A DNA stretch of 64,000 nucleotides from Candidatus Binatia bacterium (GCA_041483675.1 JBGPGE010000003.1:22502-86501); one strand, 5' to 3'; positions 47,934 through 58,160 are shown, counted from the first letter of the stretch. Translations and numbers: made by a program. Notes: generated by a model from the letters alone, not told the origin.

Positions 47934-49520
47934 TCAGAATTTCACAAATATATGTTTGGCGCCATCAACGTTTAGGCCGGTCAGCTGCTTGATGGTGGTG
48001 ATGCGGTCGCTGAATTCTTTCAGCGTGCCGAGGGAGCTGGAGCCGACGTCGATGAGAATCGAGTAGAGCGAGAAGCCCAGCCTCTCCTTTTCGTCGCGAA
48101 AGTGTTCCGCCCACTCCGCCGCTACCTGGCACTCACCGTCGGTGATGAAGACAACGTCGCCCTTTTTATATTTGGATTGCTTGAGGCATTCGAGCGCGGC
48201 GTCCAGCGGCTTTTGAAAGTCCGTCCCGCCGCCGGGGAAGTATTCGGCCAGGTCCATCACTTTTTCCATTTCGACCTGGTAGTGGGCTCGCGGATTCATG
48301 TCGAGGACCTGAAGCGGCTGGTCGCCGGAAGAGAAACAGATCGAGCGGAAGAGCCGCCGCTGGCGGCGGGCGATTTCGAGCAGCGTCAGCGTCACCGCTT
48401 TCGACCAGACCTCCTTATCGCCGGCCATCGACGAGCTGCCGTCGAGACAGACGATCATCGGCCCTTTGCCTTTCTCCTCGACGCCCCTGAGGGAATACTG
48501 CAGCAGCTCCTGGTCCAACAAGCGGCGGTAGAAATCCTTCCGCAGCAAGGGGTGGGAGAGCGTGAGCAGCTCGTGCGGCAGCAAGCGATGGAGCGCGTCG
48601 CCTCTTTCGACTTCAAGAACCTCTTCGCTCGAGCGCTCGAAAATCTTCTTGCGCAGCGCCAGGGCGTGAAACTTCATCCGCCCCAGCATCCGGCTGAGCT
48701 TTTTGAGCTTCTCGTTTCCCGCGAGCCGCTTGCCGAGTTCGATCTTTTGCCCGGCGGGCGAGCGGTAGCCGGCGCCGAGGGTGAGACCCCAGGTCTCGGC
48801 CTCCTCGGCCGCGTCTTCAAGCTTCTGAGTCGCCTTGATCGCCTCGGCCTGAAAACGGTTAGCTGCCTGGGCCTGATTCTGCTGAAACTCTTCCGCGAGT
48901 CTCCGGGACTTTTGCCGCAGCAGGGCTTCGGCGCCGCTCAGCTCTCCGTCCAACCTGTCCTTCGCCCGATCTATGGCCCGCTGCTTCTCCTTGTCGCCGG
49001 CCTGTTCGTCCGAGAGCTTTTCGGCCTCCGTAAGCTCTTGGCGCTTCTCCTCGAAGACTTCTTCCTGTTTTTTGAGATCCCAGAGATCCAGCATGTCGCG
49101 GCGTGTCAGAAGCTTCTCCGATTTAAGCAGCGAGACGAGACTCTCGGCGAGGAGCATGGTGCAAAGCCCCGCCTTCGCCTCATCCAGCAGCGTCATCTCA
49201 CGCAAGATTGGGTAGAGGTTTCCCCGGCGCAGCCCGTCGAGGAGCGTGCGGTTGAAAAGCGCGCTCTGCAAGACCTCGCCTTCTTCGAGAACAATGATGT
49301 TGTTCTTGAATAAGAGGCAAAACAGGTCCTGCAGCAACGAGGGAAAATGGGGCAGGAAGGTTACGCCGCTCTCCTCGGCGGAGCGCAGCGACGGCGACTC
49401 TTGGCGGAGATTTGCGAATGCCCTCCGATCATAGGCGTCGCTCTCGATCCAGCAGGAATTTTTCGGCAGCGGCTGGGGGATTCTTCTTGGGGCGGGAATC
49501 TTTTGTTTCTTCCGTGCCAT
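47934..49520 (-). CDS. VWA-domain protein (ViaA/CoxE-like partner of MoxR-class ATPase)
   Basis: C-terminal von Willebrand A domain with MIDAS-like DGSSSM and ITDG. A long coiled-coil/charged N-terminal region precedes it. Start set at the ATG preceded by GAGGCGG. Confidence 0.7.
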   Translation of the reverse strand: MARKKQKIPAPRRIPQPLPKNSCWIESDAYDRRAFANLRQESPSLRSAEESGVTFLPHFPSLLQDLFCLLFKNNIIVLEEGEVLQSALFNRTLLDGLRRGNLYPILREMTLLDEAKAGLCTMLLAESLVSLLKSEKLLTRRDMLDLWDLKKQEEVFEEKRQELTEAEKLSDEQAGDKEKQRAIDRAKDRLDGELSGAEALLRQKSRRLAEEFQQNQAQAANRFQAEAIKATQKLEDAAEEAETWGLTLGAGYRSPAGQKIELGKRLAGNEKLKKLSRMLGRMKFHALALRKKIFERSSEEVLEVERGDALHRLLPHELLTLSHPLLRKDFYRRLLDQELLQYSLRGVEEKGKGPMIVCLDGSSSMAGDKEVWSKAVTLTLLEIARRQRRLFRSICFSSGDQPLQVLDMNPRAHYQVEMEKVMDLAEYFPGGGTDFQKPLDAALECLKQSKYKKGDVVFITDGECQVAAEWAEHFRDEKERLGFSLYSILIDVGSSSLGTLKEFSDRITTIKQLTGLNVDGAKHIFVKF

Positions 49521-49542
49521 GTTCCGCCTCATAACTAAAAAC

Positions 49543-50661
49543 TTAAAACTGCTCGAGCATTTGCTTCTGCATCCCTTCGATCTCTTCTTTGACTGCGCCG
49601 ACGCGTTCTAGCGGGCGGCCGAGCTCTCTCGCTTTCTCCACGATCTGGTCCACTTTTGCCAGGATGTTGCGCAACTTGGTGTGGACTTCGATCAGCGCGC
49701 GGGCGCGCTCGTCGCTGGTGGGCCAGGGGCGGAGCGCGGAATCCCGAATCTCGCGCGACTCGTAGAGCAGCTCTTTGACCTCTTCTTCGTAGCCTTGGAT
49801 CAGGTCGCGGATCGTAGCGCGGACTTCGACCTGCTCGGCGGGGTCGCGCCAGAGCGCATGTTCGATAAAGAACAGATCGCTGTCCCGCACTTCCTCCTGT
49901 CCCGCGAGGTAGGCGTGGGCCTGGAGCAAACCCAGGCACTGCCGGTAGCGCCGGTCCGACGGCTCGAGAGATTTCTTTTTCAGCTCGCGCCGGATATCGG
50001 CGATGGAGCGATAGATGCCGGCGGGGATGCGAAGGCCTCCGGCCTGTTTCTGCATCTCACGCAGTTCGTCCAGGGTGATCGTGGTGCGCTCGGCCGGCGC
50101 GGCGGCTTCGAGCATGCGGAGAAAACGGAAGTCCTCCGCGATGTAGCTGACGACAAAGCGGAGCAGAAAACGGTCGTAGAGCGCGGTCAGCTCGTCGTCC
50201 TCGGGCAGCTCGTTGCTCGCGCCGAAGAGCGTGAGCAAGGGCACGGGGACGATCTCCTTGCCGTTGTGAAAGATGCGCTCGTTGATGAGCGCGAGAATGG
50301 CGTTCAAAATGGAGGAGTTCGCCTTGAAAATCTCATCGAGAAAAGCAATGTGCGCCTCGGGGAGCTTGTGGGCCGTGACCCTGCGGTAGTCGTCTTGTTC
50401 CAGCGCCTTGAGACTGACCGCGCCGAACAGCTCCTCAGGCGTCGAGAAGCGGGTGAGCAGCCATTGAAAGTAGCCGGCCCCTTCGATGCGGCGGCAGATC
50501 TCGTCGGCGAGCATCGACTTGGCCGTGCCCGGCGGGCCGATGATCAGCAGGTGTTGGGAGGAGAGCAGGGCGCAGAGCGTGCCGTCGATCAGCTCGCCCC
50601 GTTCGAGAAAGATCTGCCGGAGTTCGTCGCGAATCTTCTTGAGCTTTTCCTGAGCGCTCAT
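49543..50661 (-). CDS. MoxR-class AAA+ ATPase, RavA-like
   Basis: LLIIGPPGTAKSMLADEI (Walker A), TRFSTPEELFG, and HIAFLDEIFKANSSILNAILALINER align closely with E. coli RavA. It lacks the RavA LARA domain (372 aa). Confidence 0.75.
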   Translation of the reverse strand: MSAQEKLKKIRDELRQIFLERGELIDGTLCALLSSQHLLIIGPPGTAKSMLADEICRRIEGAGYFQWLLTRFSTPEELFGAVSLKALEQDDYRRVTAHKLPEAHIAFLDEIFKANSSILNAILALINERIFHNGKEIVPVPLLTLFGASNELPEDDELTALYDRFLLRFVVSYIAEDFRFLRMLEAAAPAERTTITLDELREMQKQAGGLRIPAGIYRSIADIRRELKKKSLEPSDRRYRQCLGLLQAHAYLAGQEEVRDSDLFFIEHALWRDPAEQVEVRATIRDLIQGYEEEVKELLYESREIRDSALRPWPTSDERARALIEVHTKLRNILAKVDQIVEKARELGRPLERVGAVKEEIEGMQKQMLEQF

Positions 50662-50724
50662 GCGTGCCTTAAACCTACCAAAGGGCATCGGGAGAAACAA
50701 TCAGGATAGGATCGAGGCTTCCTG

Positions 50725-50754
50725 TTGACATCGGCCTCCGCCAGCGGCTAACGT
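50725..50754 (+). promoter_or_regulatory. Candidate sigma70-like promoter (TTGACA-N17/18-TAACGT) upstream of the M24 peptidase gene
   Basis: Seen in the 106-bp divergent spacer between the RavA-like gene and the M24 gene. Confidence 0.3.
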
Positions 50755-50767
50755 CACCTCGCACGGT

Positions 50768-51880
50768 ATGAATCCCGAGATCGTGGAAAAGCAAAAGAAA
50801 GCGATAGCCGACGCCGGCCTGGACGCGCTCGTCGCGCTCTCGCCCGAGAACGTGACTTACGCGACCGGGATCGTCGTGCCGTCGCAGTCGCTCATGCGCT
50901 GGCGGCACGCGGCTGCCGTCGTGACCGCCGACGGTCGGGTTTCGATGCTCGTAATCGACATGGAAGAAACGACCGTCAAGAGCCATTCCAAGATCCGGCG
51001 GATCGAAGTCTACCAGGAGTTCAGCGACGACCCGATGGAGAAACTCGCCGGGCTGTTGCAGGAGCTTGGGTTGGCCAAGGCCAGGCTTGGCATTGAGATG
51101 GATTATCTTCCGGCGAAAGATTTCCAGACGCTGCAGCGGAAACTTCCGGGCGCCTCTTTCGTCGCCGGACACGCCATTTATCACCGACTCCGGCAGGTGA
51201 AGACGCGCGCCGAGATCGATCTGCTGCGCTCGCTCAGCAAAATCACCGACCGCGCCATCGGCGAGACTTTACAAAGCGCTCGTATTGGGATGACGGAGAT
51301 GGAGCTTGCGGGTGGGCTGGTGAGCCGGCTGTTCGTCGGAGGAGCGGAGAACTTCAAACTGATGATTATCGCTTCCGGCGAGCGCAGCCAATATCCGAAC
51401 GTCGGGCCTACGGAGCGCCGTCTCCAGGGAGGCGATCTCATCCGCATGGAGATCTTCGGGATGAAAAGCGGCTACCTCGCCGGCGTATGCCGCACGGCCG
51501 TGGTGCAAAAGCCGACCCCCGAGCAGGAGAGAATCTGGAAACATCTGATCGAGTGCAAGTATCTTGTCATGGATACGCTCAAGCCCGGGGCGAAGTGTAA
51601 GGAAATCTATCGAAAATTTCTCGCCCGTTTCAGCGCGCTCGGCTTCGAGCCGATCGGCTTCGTCGGCCACGGCATCGGCCTCTTTCTCCACGAGGAGCCA
51701 TATCTCGGCCGCTACGGCGACGAGACTCTGGAAGAGGGGATGGTGGTGGCGATCGAGCCTCTGGTGTACATCCCCGGACGGATGGGGTTGCAAAATAAGG
51801 ATATGCTCGTGGTGACGAGCGACGGTTGCGAGCTGCTCTCCGACTGCACGGCGACGGACGAGCTGCTCCGCGTCGGGTGA
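50768..51880 (+). CDS. M24-family metallopeptidase (Xaa-Pro aminopeptidase/creatinase-like)
   Basis: Creatinase_N-like N-terminus plus a pita-bread domain with HGIGLFLHEEP and metal ligands D, D, H, E, E in order. Confidence 0.8.
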   Translation: MNPEIVEKQKKAIADAGLDALVALSPENVTYATGIVVPSQSLMRWRHAAAVVTADGRVSMLVIDMEETTVKSHSKIRRIEVYQEFSDDPMEKLAGLLQELGLAKARLGIEMDYLPAKDFQTLQRKLPGASFVAGHAIYHRLRQVKTRAEIDLLRSLSKITDRAIGETLQSARIGMTEMELAGGLVSRLFVGGAENFKLMIIASGERSQYPNVGPTERRLQGGDLIRMEIFGMKSGYLAGVCRTAVVQKPTPEQERIWKHLIECKYLVMDTLKPGAKCKEIYRKFLARFSALGFEPIGFVGHGIGLFLHEEPYLGRYGDETLEEGMVVAIEPLVYIPGRMGLQNKDMLVVTSDGCELLSDCTATDELLRVG

Positions 51881-51886
51881 ATCGCG

Positions 51887-53041
51887 ATGAAGATCTCGAA
51901 GATCGAAACGATCCCGATCAGGCTGCCGACGCGGCGCGTTCACCAGTGGTCGAGCCTCACGACGCCGATCGGCGTCTATGTGATTCTTAAGGTAGCCACG
52001 GACGAAGGGCTGATCGGCCTCGGCGAAGCGCCGGTGCTGAAGGACTGGGGCGGCGATTACATGAGATATTACGGGGAGACGCCGCAGACGACCGTCCACG
52101 TCATCAACGATATCCTGGCGCCTGCGCTGGTCGGCCGGGACCCGCGCTCCATCGCCCTGCTTCATTCCGTCATGGACAAGGCGATCAGGGGATATCCCTA
52201 CTGCAAGGCGGCGCTCGACATGGCGCTCTACGATCTTGCCGGCAAGGCCCTCGGCGTGCCCGCGTATCGACTGCTCGGCGGCTGTTACCGTAGGCGCGTG
52301 ACCGTGGCGCACAGCATCGGCTTGATGGAGATTGAGAAGGCGGTGGAGGAAGCAGTCCAGGTAAAAAGCGAGGGAATCAAAACTATTAAACTCAAAGGCG
52401 GGCAGGCGTCGAAGCGCGATGTCGAGCTGGTCAAAGAAATACGCAACGCCGTAGGTCCGGATATCCGGCTCGCGGTCGACGCGAATCAGGGCTACCCGAC
52501 GCCGAAGATCGCGGTGCAAACGATCAGGGCGATGGAGAGCTACGGGATTCATTATATGGAGCAGCCCGTCGAAGGGATCGACGCGATGGCGCTGGTGGCG
52601 GAGAGCGTGGAAACTCCGATCATGGCGGACGAGAGCGCCTGGACGCCTCAAGATGTGCTTGAGATTATCCGCAAGAAAGCCGCGGACATCATCTCGATCT
52701 ATACGACCAAGCCCGGTGGTCTTTACAAGGCGAAGCAGGTTGCGGCCGTGGCCGAAGCCGCGGGTCTTCAGTGCAACGTGAACGGCTCGGTGGAGACGGG
52801 CGTGGGAAACGCGGCGAACGTGCATCTCGCCGCTTCCACCGCCGTCGCGTCTCTGGCCTGCGTGATCCCGGTCTCGACGCCGAAGGGAAAGGGCAGAGGC
52901 GGAATCGCCGGCGTTTACTACACCGACGACATCATCACCGAGGCGTTCGAGTACACGGACGGCGAGGTTGTGGTGTCCGACAAGCCGGGGCTGGGAGTTG
53001 AGCTGGATGAGGAGAAAGTTGAGCGCTACCGCGCGGACTGA
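51887..53041 (+). CDS. Enolase-superfamily mandelate racemase/muconate lactonizing enzyme family protein (possible dipeptide epimerase/racemase)
   Basis: KLKGG..., LAVDANQGY and IMADES motifs are the MR/MLE metal ligands and KxK. An N-terminal capping domain is present. Confidence 0.8.
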   Translation: MKISKIETIPIRLPTRRVHQWSSLTTPIGVYVILKVATDEGLIGLGEAPVLKDWGGDYMRYYGETPQTTVHVINDILAPALVGRDPRSIALLHSVMDKAIRGYPYCKAALDMALYDLAGKALGVPAYRLLGGCYRRRVTVAHSIGLMEIEKAVEEAVQVKSEGIKTIKLKGGQASKRDVELVKEIRNAVGPDIRLAVDANQGYPTPKIAVQTIRAMESYGIHYMEQPVEGIDAMALVAESVETPIMADESAWTPQDVLEIIRKKAADIISIYTTKPGGLYKAKQVAAVAEAAGLQCNVNGSVETGVGNAANVHLAASTAVASLACVIPVSTPKGKGRGGIAGVYYTDDIITEAFEYTDGEVVVSDKPGLGVELDEEKVERYRAD

Positions 53042-53043
53042 AC

Positions 53044-54174
53044 GTGAGTATTCATAGCATCGCAGTTTTAGGGGCGGGCAACGGCGGCTGCGCGGCGGCG
53101 GCGGATCTGACGCTACGGGGTTATGAGGTCCGGCTCTACTCGCGCGCCGAGAAAACGCTTGAGCCGATCCTGAAGAGAGGCGGTATCGAGTTGGTTGAGG
53201 CGGGCAAAAACAATTTTGCGAAGCCGTCGCTGATCACGAACAAGTTGTGCGAGGCGGTGGCGGGGGCCGATCTCATCATGATCGCGGCTCCCGCCGTTGC
53301 GCACGAGACGCTGGCGACAAATTTGGCAGGCTGCCTGAGCGACGGCCAGATTATTTTTCTCAATCCCGGTCACACGGGCGGCTCGCTTCACGTTGCCGCG
53401 CTGTTGCCCCGCCTCGGCGTCCCGGCGAAGGTCCAAGTATGCGAGACGGTCACGCTGACCTACATCTGCCGCTTGACCGGCCCGGCGCAAGTTGAAGTCT
53501 ATCGTCGCACGGAGAATCTCCGCTTTGCCGCGTTTCCGGGGAAGTTGACCGCGCGCCTGTTGCCGGAGATCGGCGAGGTCTATCCCAAAATCATTCCGGC
53601 TGCGAATGTGCTGGAGACCGGGCTGTCGAATATCAACGCCGTCATGCATCCGGCGGGCATGGTGGGCAACGCGGGGCGGATCGAGGCCGGCCGGGGCGAC
53701 TTCTATTTCTATCGGGACGGTATCACGCCGGCGATCGCTCACGTCATTGGCGCGGTCGATCGCGAGCGGATGGCTATCGGGCAACGCTTGGGGCTTCCGC
53801 TTCTTAGCTTCGTCGATATTTTTCATCAGGCCGGCCTCACCAGCGACGCGGCGCGGCAGAGCCAATCCATTTACCAGGCGACGCAGGAGAGCGCGGCCAA
53901 CCGGACGATCAAGGCGCCGCGGACCTTGAACCATCGCTACTTGAATGAAGACGTCGGCTTCGGCCTGGCGCCGATCTCCGAGCTCGGGCGGCTTGTGGGC
54001 GTCGAGACGCCCGTGATCGATGCGCTCATCACCCTCGCCTCTGAGCTGAATCGAATCGACTACCGGTGTGAGGGAGTGACGCTAAAGAAAATGGGGCTGG
54101 CTGGGGTAAAGCCGGAGAATCTCAAGGCACTGCTTCACGAAGGGTTCGCAGCACCGGACAGGAGCGTGTCATGA
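53044..54174 (+). CDS. NAD(P)-dependent opine (octopine/nopaline) dehydrogenase-family oxidoreductase
   Basis: N-terminal IAVLGAGNGGCAAAADL Rossmann motif and the C-terminal opine dehydrogenase helical domain. The call is by motif and architecture. Confidence 0.7.
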   Translation: MSIHSIAVLGAGNGGCAAAADLTLRGYEVRLYSRAEKTLEPILKRGGIELVEAGKNNFAKPSLITNKLCEAVAGADLIMIAAPAVAHETLATNLAGCLSDGQIIFLNPGHTGGSLHVAALLPRLGVPAKVQVCETVTLTYICRLTGPAQVEVYRRTENLRFAAFPGKLTARLLPEIGEVYPKIIPAANVLETGLSNINAVMHPAGMVGNAGRIEAGRGDFYFYRDGITPAIAHVIGAVDRERMAIGQRLGLPLLSFVDIFHQAGLTSDAARQSQSIYQATQESAANRTIKAPRTLNHRYLNEDVGFGLAPISELGRLVGVETPVIDALITLASELNRIDYRCEGVTLKKMGLAGVKPENLKALLHEGFAAPDRSVS

Positions 54175-55148
54175 GAGTCGGACTCTGCTTCGATGGTTTT
54201 TATTCGATCACCGAGATGGTGGAGCTGGCGCGGCTGGCGGACGAAGCGGGCATGCATTCGATATGGATGTCCGATCATCTGTGCTTTCGCGACTCTCTGA
54301 CTTCCGCGATGGCCTTCCTCGCCACGACGAAGAGGATCACAGTAGTCCCGGCGCCGCTAAGCCCCTACACGCGTCATCCGATGGTTTCCGCCATGGCGAT
54401 CTGCACGATGGACGAGCTCGCCCCTGGAAGAGTCTGGGCGACGGCGGGCACGGCCAACGCCGCGGCGTTGGCCGAGATCGGCGTCACGGTTACTCGGCCC
54501 CTGAAGACGATGCGGGAGTACATGACGATCCTGCGGAGCTTTTTGCGAGGGGAGACGGTGAAGTTTCAGGGTGAGATTTTTAGAATCAACGGCGCCAAGA
54601 TGGGCTTCGCCCCGGCAGCCCACATACCAATCTATATGACCGCGGTGAAAACCCGGATGCTCAGGCTTGCGGGAGAGATCGGCGACGGCGTACTGCTGTC
54701 CGCGGGTTGCGCGCCGAAGTATATCGCGCAGTGCGCCGCGGAGGTAAAGAGCGGGGCGGAGAAAGCGAGGAACGGCGTTACGCGGCGCGATGTGGCCGGC
54801 TTCATCACGACGTCGGTCTCGTCGAACGCTCGCGAGGCGATCGACGCCAGCAAGGGTTACCTGGCCTATATATTTCGCAATAAACACCACGCCGAGAATA
54901 TTGGCATGGGCGGGGGCCGGGTCGATCGGGAACGTCTCGCGGCGGCGATCGCGAATAGGGATTGGGAGGGCGCAAAAAAGTTTATAAGCGACGAGGTGGT
55001 TTACGCCCATTCCATCACGGGAACCCCAGCGGAGTGCCGCAGGCGGCTGGACGAGTTCATCGAAGGCGGGCTCGACCTTCCGGTTCTCCTGCCGATGGGG
55101 ACGCAGGAGATGAGGAAGCAAGTAGTTGAACTGGCGCGACGGCTATAA
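54171..55148 (+). CDS. LLM-class (luciferase-like) flavin-dependent oxidoreductase
   Basis: TIM-barrel LLM signatures: SIWMSDHL, PLSPYTRHPM, GIGMGGG-type. Confidence 0.8.
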   Translation: MRVGLCFDGFYSITEMVELARLADEAGMHSIWMSDHLCFRDSLTSAMAFLATTKRITVVPAPLSPYTRHPMVSAMAICTMDELAPGRVWATAGTANAAALAEIGVTVTRPLKTMREYMTILRSFLRGETVKFQGEIFRINGAKMGFAPAAHIPIYMTAVKTRMLRLAGEIGDGVLLSAGCAPKYIAQCAAEVKSGAEKARNGVTRRDVAGFITTSVSSNAREAIDASKGYLAYIFRNKHHAENIGMGGGRVDRERLAAAIANRDWEGAKKFISDEVVYAHSITGTPAECRRRLDEFIEGGLDLPVLLPMGTQEMRKQVVELARRL

Positions 55149-55208
55149 TAAACTCGGGGCTGCGTGGAGCGACATAGTGTTGGAATTCTCAGTGGAGGTG
55201 ACCTGAAG

Positions 55209-56228
55209 ATGCGTAAAACAAATGGGTTGTCGGTTGTGGGCCTGCTCGCCATCGGCACGCTTCTGTGTTCCCCGGTCGCTGCTCAGGCGCAGCCTGCGAA
55301 CGTGGATGCGGCCAAGAAGGAAGGGGAGGTCGTGGTCTATGGCTCGGTCGTGCCGCAAGCCATGGAGGGCTTGAATAAAGGATTTGAGAAGAAATACGGC
55401 ATCGAGGTCAAGTACTGGCGCGGCTCGTCGACACAGGTCTCGGAGCGCGCCCTGACGGAATGGCGCGCCGGCAAGCCGGCCTTCGACATCGCGGAGGGGA
55501 ACCGGGGCGTTCAACTGATTATGAGAGACGAGGGGCTCTTCACGAAGTACATCCCGCCTTCATCGGACAAGTTTCCGGCGCAGTTTAAAGAGAAAGACGC
55601 TCTCATCACACCCTGGCGCGTGCTCCCGATCAGCATTCTCTACAACACCGACATGGTGAAAGCCGGCGATGTCCCGAAGACGCTGGACGATCTGTTGAGT
55701 CCCAAGTGGACCGGGAAGATCAGTATGCCCGACCCCACGCGGCACACGACCACGGCGCAGTTTCTCTGGAATCTCTCGAAATTCAAGGGCGACAAGTGGC
55801 TCGATTATGTCAAGGCATTGGCGAAACAGAAGCCGCTCCTGGTGGAATCCCTGGCGCCGGTTGCGCCGGCGATCATCAAAGGCGAGGTGCTGGTCGGGAT
55901 CAGCTACATAAAATACCTGAAGCAATATAAAGGTCCCCTGGGCTATGTCCTGATGGACAAGTATCTGACCGATCCGAACTACATGAGCCTCAGCGGAAAG
56001 GCGGCGCATGGGAATGCAGCCAGGCTCTACATCGATTACGCCTGTTCGCCGGAGGGTCAGAAGGCTATCTCCGAAGACGGCGAGTTCGTCTTGTCCCCGG
56101 GAATCTTTCCGCCCATCAAAGATTCGGAGAAGGTCGCGCCGAACATGGTCTTCATGGACAATCCGTCCGAGGAAGAGTTCAAAAAGCTCATGGGCGACAC
56201 GTTCCGGCAGATCTTCTTTGCCAAGTAG
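55209..56228 (+). CDS. ABC transporter periplasmic substrate-binding protein (Fe(III)/FbpA-like family 1)
   Basis: Signal peptide MRKTNGLSVVGLLAIGTLLCSPVAAQA. GEVVVYGS. start. Typical type II PBP. GGAGGTG RBS. Confidence 0.75.
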   Translation: MRKTNGLSVVGLLAIGTLLCSPVAAQAQPANVDAAKKEGEVVVYGSVVPQAMEGLNKGFEKKYGIEVKYWRGSSTQVSERALTEWRAGKPAFDIAEGNRGVQLIMRDEGLFTKYIPPSSDKFPAQFKEKDALITPWRVLPISILYNTDMVKAGDVPKTLDDLLSPKWTGKISMPDPTRHTTTAQFLWNLSKFKGDKWLDYVKALAKQKPLLVESLAPVAPAIIKGEVLVGISYIKYLKQYKGPLGYVLMDKYLTDPNYMSLSGKAAHGNAARLYIDYACSPEGQKAISEDGEFVLSPGIFPPIKDSEKVAPNMVFMDNPSEEEFKKLMGDTFRQIFFAK

Positions 56229-56293
56229 CAGGGCGCTGAAAGGCCCGTCCGTTCCGTTGCGCTCGAACCGCCCGCTCCGACGTGCTGTTGAGT

Positions 56294-56346
56294 GGAGTAC
56301 TGGAGTGATGGAGTAATGCATTTAAAACCTAATACTCCAGTACTCC
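56294..56346. repeat. Intra-operon inverted repeat / stem-loop GGAGTACTGGAGT...ACTCCAGTACTCC
   Basis: Perfect 13-bp inverted repeat with a 27-nt loop, flanked by further partial complementarity. It lies in an unusually long 215-bp spacer between the binding-protein and permease genes. Confidence 0.6.
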
Positions 56347-56443
56347 CATCCTCCAACACTCCATGTCCGTCGGACGCCTTCGCTCGACCGTTGATCTTTA
56401 CGCATGTCGCTGCGGCTCAGGGTCGCCCTCATTGAGCTGATCC

Positions 56444-58147
56444 ATGCGACCGCTTTTCCAAAATCCCCACACCGCGGTGGTCGCCGTCGTCGCCGTGGTG
56501 ATCGGCTACCTGAGTCTCTCGCCGACGCTGATGCTCTTCTACGGCAGCTTTCTCAGCAAGCCGCTCGGCGTGCCGGGGAATTTTACCTTTGCCCACTACG
56601 TCCAGGCTTACGCCGACCCGTCGACTTACCAGCTCCTGCTCAACTCTTTTCTCTTTGCCGCCGGCTCCTCCCTGCTGGCTACAGCGCTGGCCGCCGCTCT
56701 GGCATGGATATCGGTGCGGACGAACGCTCCGTTCCGACGGCTGTTCGAGCTGACGGCGATCATTCCCAATATCTTTCCGCCGGTAATGCTGGCGGTCGCC
56801 TGGACAGTGTTGCTGAGCCCGCGGACGGGCCTGATCAACCGGCTATTTATGGAGCTGTTCGGCTTGGAAAGCGCGCCGCTCGATATCTACTCGATGTGGG
56901 GAATGGTGTTCGTCGAGGCGCTGATCACCACGCCGCTCGCGTTTTTAATTATCTCCGCGTCGCTCTATTCGATGGACCCGTCCCTGGAGGAATCCGCTAG
57001 AGTGGCGGGCTCCAGTAATCTGCAAATCGCCCGGCGCATCACCTTCCCGATCATCCGGCCCGCCATGCTCGCGGCGGCGACGCTCAATTTCGTGCGCGCG
57101 ATCGAGAGCTTCGATACGCCGGCGATCATCGCGCTGCCGGCGCGGATCGAGGTCTTCACCACCAAGATTTACCGCGAGGCCGTCGGAGCCTTTCCGCCGA
57201 ACCAGAACGTTGCCGCCGCCTATGCCGTCTCGCTGCTGCTGATCACGATGCTGTTCGTCTATTTCTACCGGCGGCTCACGATGCGCTCGGAGCGTTACGT
57301 GACCGTGACCGGGCGCGGTTATCGTCCGATGGTCATCGACTTGGGCAAGTGGCGCTATTTCGCCGCCGCGGTCGCCGCCGCGATCTTGCTGCTGATCGTC
57401 GTGCTCCCGTTCGTCGTGCTGCTGTATGCTTCCGTCGTAACCTATGTTCACGTGCCGGGAACGAAAACCTGGGATCTGCTGACGCTCGACAACTACCGCG
57501 GGAATCTGACGGATACGCGCACCTATCGCGCGCTAAAGAACAGCCTCATCCTTGCCGTCGGAGGCGCGACGCTGTGCATGCTCCTCGCGGCCGTGACAGC
57601 CTATGTAACGACGAAGACCAAGGCGGCGGGAAGAGGGTTAATCGAAGCGCTCACCTTCATCCCCTGGGCCTTTCCTGGCACGGCGCTCGCCATCGGACTG
57701 CTCTGGACCTATGTTTATATTCCGCTGCCGATCTACGGCTCGCTGTGGATTCTGTTGATCGGCTATATCACGCGCTTCATGCCTTACGGGCTTCGGACCA
57801 TGACCAGCACCGTGGTGCAAATCCACGATGATATGGAGGATGCTTCGAAAACCTGTGGCGCCGGCTTTTTTTCGACGTTCCGGCGCGTGCTACTTCCGCT
57901 GATGAGACCGGGGTTCATCGCGGGTTGGATTATTCTAGCCACGATCTATCTGCGTGAGTTCAGCACGTCGATTTTCCTCTACTCGCCGGGGGCTGAGCCG
58001 ATCGGTCCTTTGCTCTATCATTTCTACGTCGATGGGAACCTCGGGCCCATGTGCTCACTCGGCGTGATCGTGAGCGTTGTTTCTGTTTTGCTCATCATGC
58101 TTGCGCGTAGGATCGGTAAGGTTCGAGAGAATTTTGAGGGAGGATGA
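56444..58147 (+). CDS. ABC transporter permease, fused two-domain (FbpB-like iron(III) permease)
   Basis: 567 aa, ~12 TM helices, two EAA-like loops. No ATPase gene follows. Confidence 0.8.
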   Translation: MRPLFQNPHTAVVAVVAVVIGYLSLSPTLMLFYGSFLSKPLGVPGNFTFAHYVQAYADPSTYQLLLNSFLFAAGSSLLATALAAALAWISVRTNAPFRRLFELTAIIPNIFPPVMLAVAWTVLLSPRTGLINRLFMELFGLESAPLDIYSMWGMVFVEALITTPLAFLIISASLYSMDPSLEESARVAGSSNLQIARRITFPIIRPAMLAAATLNFVRAIESFDTPAIIALPARIEVFTTKIYREAVGAFPPNQNVAAAYAVSLLLITMLFVYFYRRLTMRSERYVTVTGRGYRPMVIDLGKWRYFAAAVAAAILLLIVVLPFVVLLYASVVTYVHVPGTKTWDLLTLDNYRGNLTDTRTYRALKNSLILAVGGATLCMLLAAVTAYVTTKTKAAGRGLIEALTFIPWAFPGTALAIGLLWTYVYIPLPIYGSLWILLIGYITRFMPYGLRTMTSTVVQIHDDMEDASKTCGAGFFSTFRRVLLPLMRPGFIAGWIILATIYLREFSTSIFLYSPGAEPIGPLLYHFYVDGNLGPMCSLGVIVSVVSVLLIMLARRIGKVRENFEGG

Positions 58148-58160
58148 GAAGTAAAAAGTA

